From: Thermoplasmatota archaeon
Lineage (GTDB): Archaea > Thermoplasmatota > Penumbrarchaeia > Penumbrarchaeales > Penumbrarchaeaceae
DNA length: 37,614 nucleotides
Direction of reading: 5' to 3'
Assembly: GCA_965234725.1 (NCBI GenBank)
Contig: CBDDUX010000069.1
Span: 1-37,614, forward strand
The translations under genes and the position numbers were made by a program. Below, one piece after another: positions 35,526 through 37,614 of this stretch. Position 1 is the stretch's first letter; every line of letters begins with the position of its first letter. Under the pieces are notes generated by a model, which ran no database searches, was not told the origin of the DNA, and saw nothing but the letters and a program-made list of their open reading frames with translations.

Positions 35526-36950
35526 ATGATAACTTTTAGTGAGGAACAGTTGAAGATCCCGGAAATGTCAAAGCCAGTCTATATGGTCACTGGTGGAATG
35601 TCCAAATTCGCCAGGGCGATGCCTGATAAGAGGACCGAAGAAATATGCATCGATGCCTTAACCGAGGCTGCCCAGTTCATCGATATGACACCGGCAGCAC
35701 TGAAGAAATTCATACATACAGCGTACTATGGCCATTTTGCAGATCATTTCGGCGACCAGCTGCTTGGTGAGGCAGTGATCCATGACAGGCTTGGCCTGGA
35801 CCCTCTTGGGAATATCGGTGTAAAAACCGGAGGAGCTACGGGAGGTTCAACACTCTGGGAAGCATATAAGACGGTGGCTTCCGGATATTCGGACTGTGCT
35901 CTTGCCATGGGATGGGAAAGGATGGACGAAGTGCCCACAGATGAGGGGAACCACCTGATCTCATGTGCTGCTGATAAGGATTGGGAAACGCCGCTAGGTC
36001 ACATTTATACTGGTTATTATGCTGTAATGGCGCAGAAATACTGGCAGGTATTTGGAAAAGAAGAGGATTCTTTCAGGAAGACACTTGCCGAGATAGCTGT
36101 CAAGAACAGGGGATATGCTCGGATGAATCCCCATGCTCAGGGGCCCATGGATATCAGTGTGGAAGATGTTCTGAACTCCCCGATCGTTGCTTACCCATTG
36201 AGAGCTCTTGATTGTTGTCTGATGAGCGTTGGTGCGGCTTGTGCCATTCTGGCAGATGAAAAGACCGCCTATGAGATGACGGACAATCCTATCAAAATAG
36301 ATGTTACTGCAGGAAGCCACACATTAAGGGTTGCAGACAGGAGGCACATGAAGATACCCCTGCTACCAAATGAAACAAAAGAACAGTACACCGACCTTGG
36401 GACCCGCTTCCCGGGCGGGGACCGGTATCCTGGCTTCACTGGTTTCCTGGCCGCAAGAATGGCAGCCTACTATGCTTACAACATGACCGGGATCGAAGAC
36501 CCAACAAAGGACCTTGACCTTGTCGAACTCCATGATGCATTCACAATAAGCGATATCCAGACCTATGAGGATATTGGTATCAGACCCTATGGCGAGGGTA
36601 GAACATATGTTGAATCAGGAGATTGCTATCACACCAATCCCAATACCGGAGAGCCAGGCAGATTACCGGCAAATCTCTCAGGCGGTCTGATCGGCAATAT
36701 GCATGCCGTTGGTGCAACAGGTATCATGCAGGTGATCGAGGTAGGGCACCATATCTGGGGGCGCTGGAATGAGATGCATGGTGACGAGTCGAAATGGGAA
36801 AGGTTCGGCCGTGTTAAACCAAAGGACTGGAAGGATCTCCAGGTAAAGGGAGCAAAACGTGGATTGGCCATCAGCCACGCTGGTGTCGGATCACATGTTA
36901 CAGCCACGATCCTTCAGCATCCCGATCATGTTCTTGAAAGGAGGGTTTGA
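35526..36950 (+). CDS. SCP2-type thiolase-fold protein lacking catalytic cysteines
   Basis: SD ggaggt; TGGATGG, AVKN, PLRALDCC, VELHDAFT, NLSGGLIGNMHAVGATG, AISHAG. Confidence 0.9.
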   Translation: MITFSEEQLKIPEMSKPVYMVTGGMSKFARAMPDKRTEEICIDALTEAAQFIDMTPAALKKFIHTAYYGHFADHFGDQLLGEAVIHDRLGLDPLGNIGVKTGGATGGSTLWEAYKTVASGYSDCALAMGWERMDEVPTDEGNHLISCAADKDWETPLGHIYTGYYAVMAQKYWQVFGKEEDSFRKTLAEIAVKNRGYARMNPHAQGPMDISVEDVLNSPIVAYPLRALDCCLMSVGAACAILADEKTAYEMTDNPIKIDVTAGSHTLRVADRRHMKIPLLPNETKEQYTDLGTRFPGGDRYPGFTGFLAARMAAYYAYNMTGIEDPTKDLDLVELHDAFTISDIQTYEDIGIRPYGEGRTYVESGDCYHTNPNTGEPGRLPANLSGGLIGNMHAVGATGIMQVIEVGHHIWGRWNEMHGDESKWERFGRVKPKDWKDLQVKGAKRGLAISHAGVGSHVTATILQHPDHVLERRV

Positions 36951-36951
36951 A

Positions 36952-37545
36952 ATGAGCAATGAAGGAGAGATAGGCAAGGTGAGGATCGAGAACTCCAGGT
37001 ATAAGTTCGAAGGGAAATTTCATCATATTGAGAAGAACCAGCCTATTTATAATGCTGAGGGAAAATTACAAGGGGTCACAAACCCAAGGAACATGACATA
37101 TGTGCACACCTACGGCGGGGAATCTGTCTTCTTCGAATCACTTGGCAAAGGCAAATTAATTGCCTCCAGATGTGACAACCCGGATTGTGAATCCCACGGA
37201 TCACTTTTTATCCCTTTCAGGATCCACTGCCCGGACTGTCTTTTTAAGAACAGCCCCTTTGACATAACAAGTAAAGCAAAGGAGAATGCAACGGTCCATA
37301 CCTTCATGATCACCGAAAGGACCGGGGCTTTCAATACCCTTCCAAAACCTATCAAGTTCGTCAACGTTGAGTTCGAAGGTGTTCCGACCATTCTCATGGG
37401 ACCTCTCGCGATCGGTGAACCGAAGATAGGTATGAAGGTGAGCCCAATTTTCAGGACGAAGGACCCAACCTTCACGATCCTGGATATCCAATGGGTCCCC
37501 AAAGGAACTGCTGAATCCGAACTTCCTGATGGATATACTTACTAG
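36952..37545 (+). CDS. DUF35 Zn-ribbon/OB-fold protein (thiolase partner)
   Basis: FFESLGKGKLIASRCDNPDC...PFRIHCPDC, VHTFM, KIGMKVSPIF. SD aggagg before ATG 36952. Confidence 0.88.
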   Translation: MSNEGEIGKVRIENSRYKFEGKFHHIEKNQPIYNAEGKLQGVTNPRNMTYVHTYGGESVFFESLGKGKLIASRCDNPDCESHGSLFIPFRIHCPDCLFKNSPFDITSKAKENATVHTFMITERTGAFNTLPKPIKFVNVEFEGVPTILMGPLAIGEPKIGMKVSPIFRTKDPTFTILDIQWVPKGTAESELPDGYTY

Positions 37546-37564
37546 TCGAAAATATCCACCAAAA

Positions 37565-37598
37565 GCTGAAGGGAACCGAAATTCTATATCCCTTCAGC
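37565..37598 (+). terminator. Hairpin after the DUF35 gene
   Basis: gctgaaggga/tcccttcagc 10-bp inverted repeat. Confidence 0.5.
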
Positions 37599-37614
37599 CA
37601 TTTGGTACGAAAAT

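Noticed and set aside
1..37614. CRISPR array, IS element or provirus
   Set aside because: No regularly spaced repeats, and no transposase, integrase or capsid-like ORF recognised.

Overview
Archaeal DNA, probably Thermoplasmatota (inferred from gene content, GGAGGTGA-type SD motifs and leaderless TATA promoters). About 200-5300 is an AT-rich accessory block. It holds micro-ORFs, two tandem paralogous winged-HTH + TPR regulators, an apparently catalytically dead caspase-fold (clan CD) protein and a small orphan, with a tRNA-3'-like palindromic element at its left edge. Next come a SBBP/FN3 surface protein, a larA-family racemase + malic enzyme pair, and two tandem ~1320-aa surface proteins that share an exactly identical 1136-bp 3' block but differ in a Tyr-rich inserted domain. 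The right half is housekeeping and metabolism: DUF131, aSelBL, YchF-like GTPase, PolB, a degenerate FtsZ homologue, a TPR/Zn-ribbon protein, glycerate kinase, GPN GTPase, SAMP/ThiS, DUF2085, acyl-CoA dehydrogenase, a two-subunit CoA transferase, a Cys-less thiolase and DUF35. Several intergenic regions are strongly structured (58-212, 9744-9866, 12574-12788, 35427-35485). No rRNA, intact tRNA, CRISPR array, transposase, integrase or reverse transcriptase was seen. Family calls come from motif reading by eye, not database searches.
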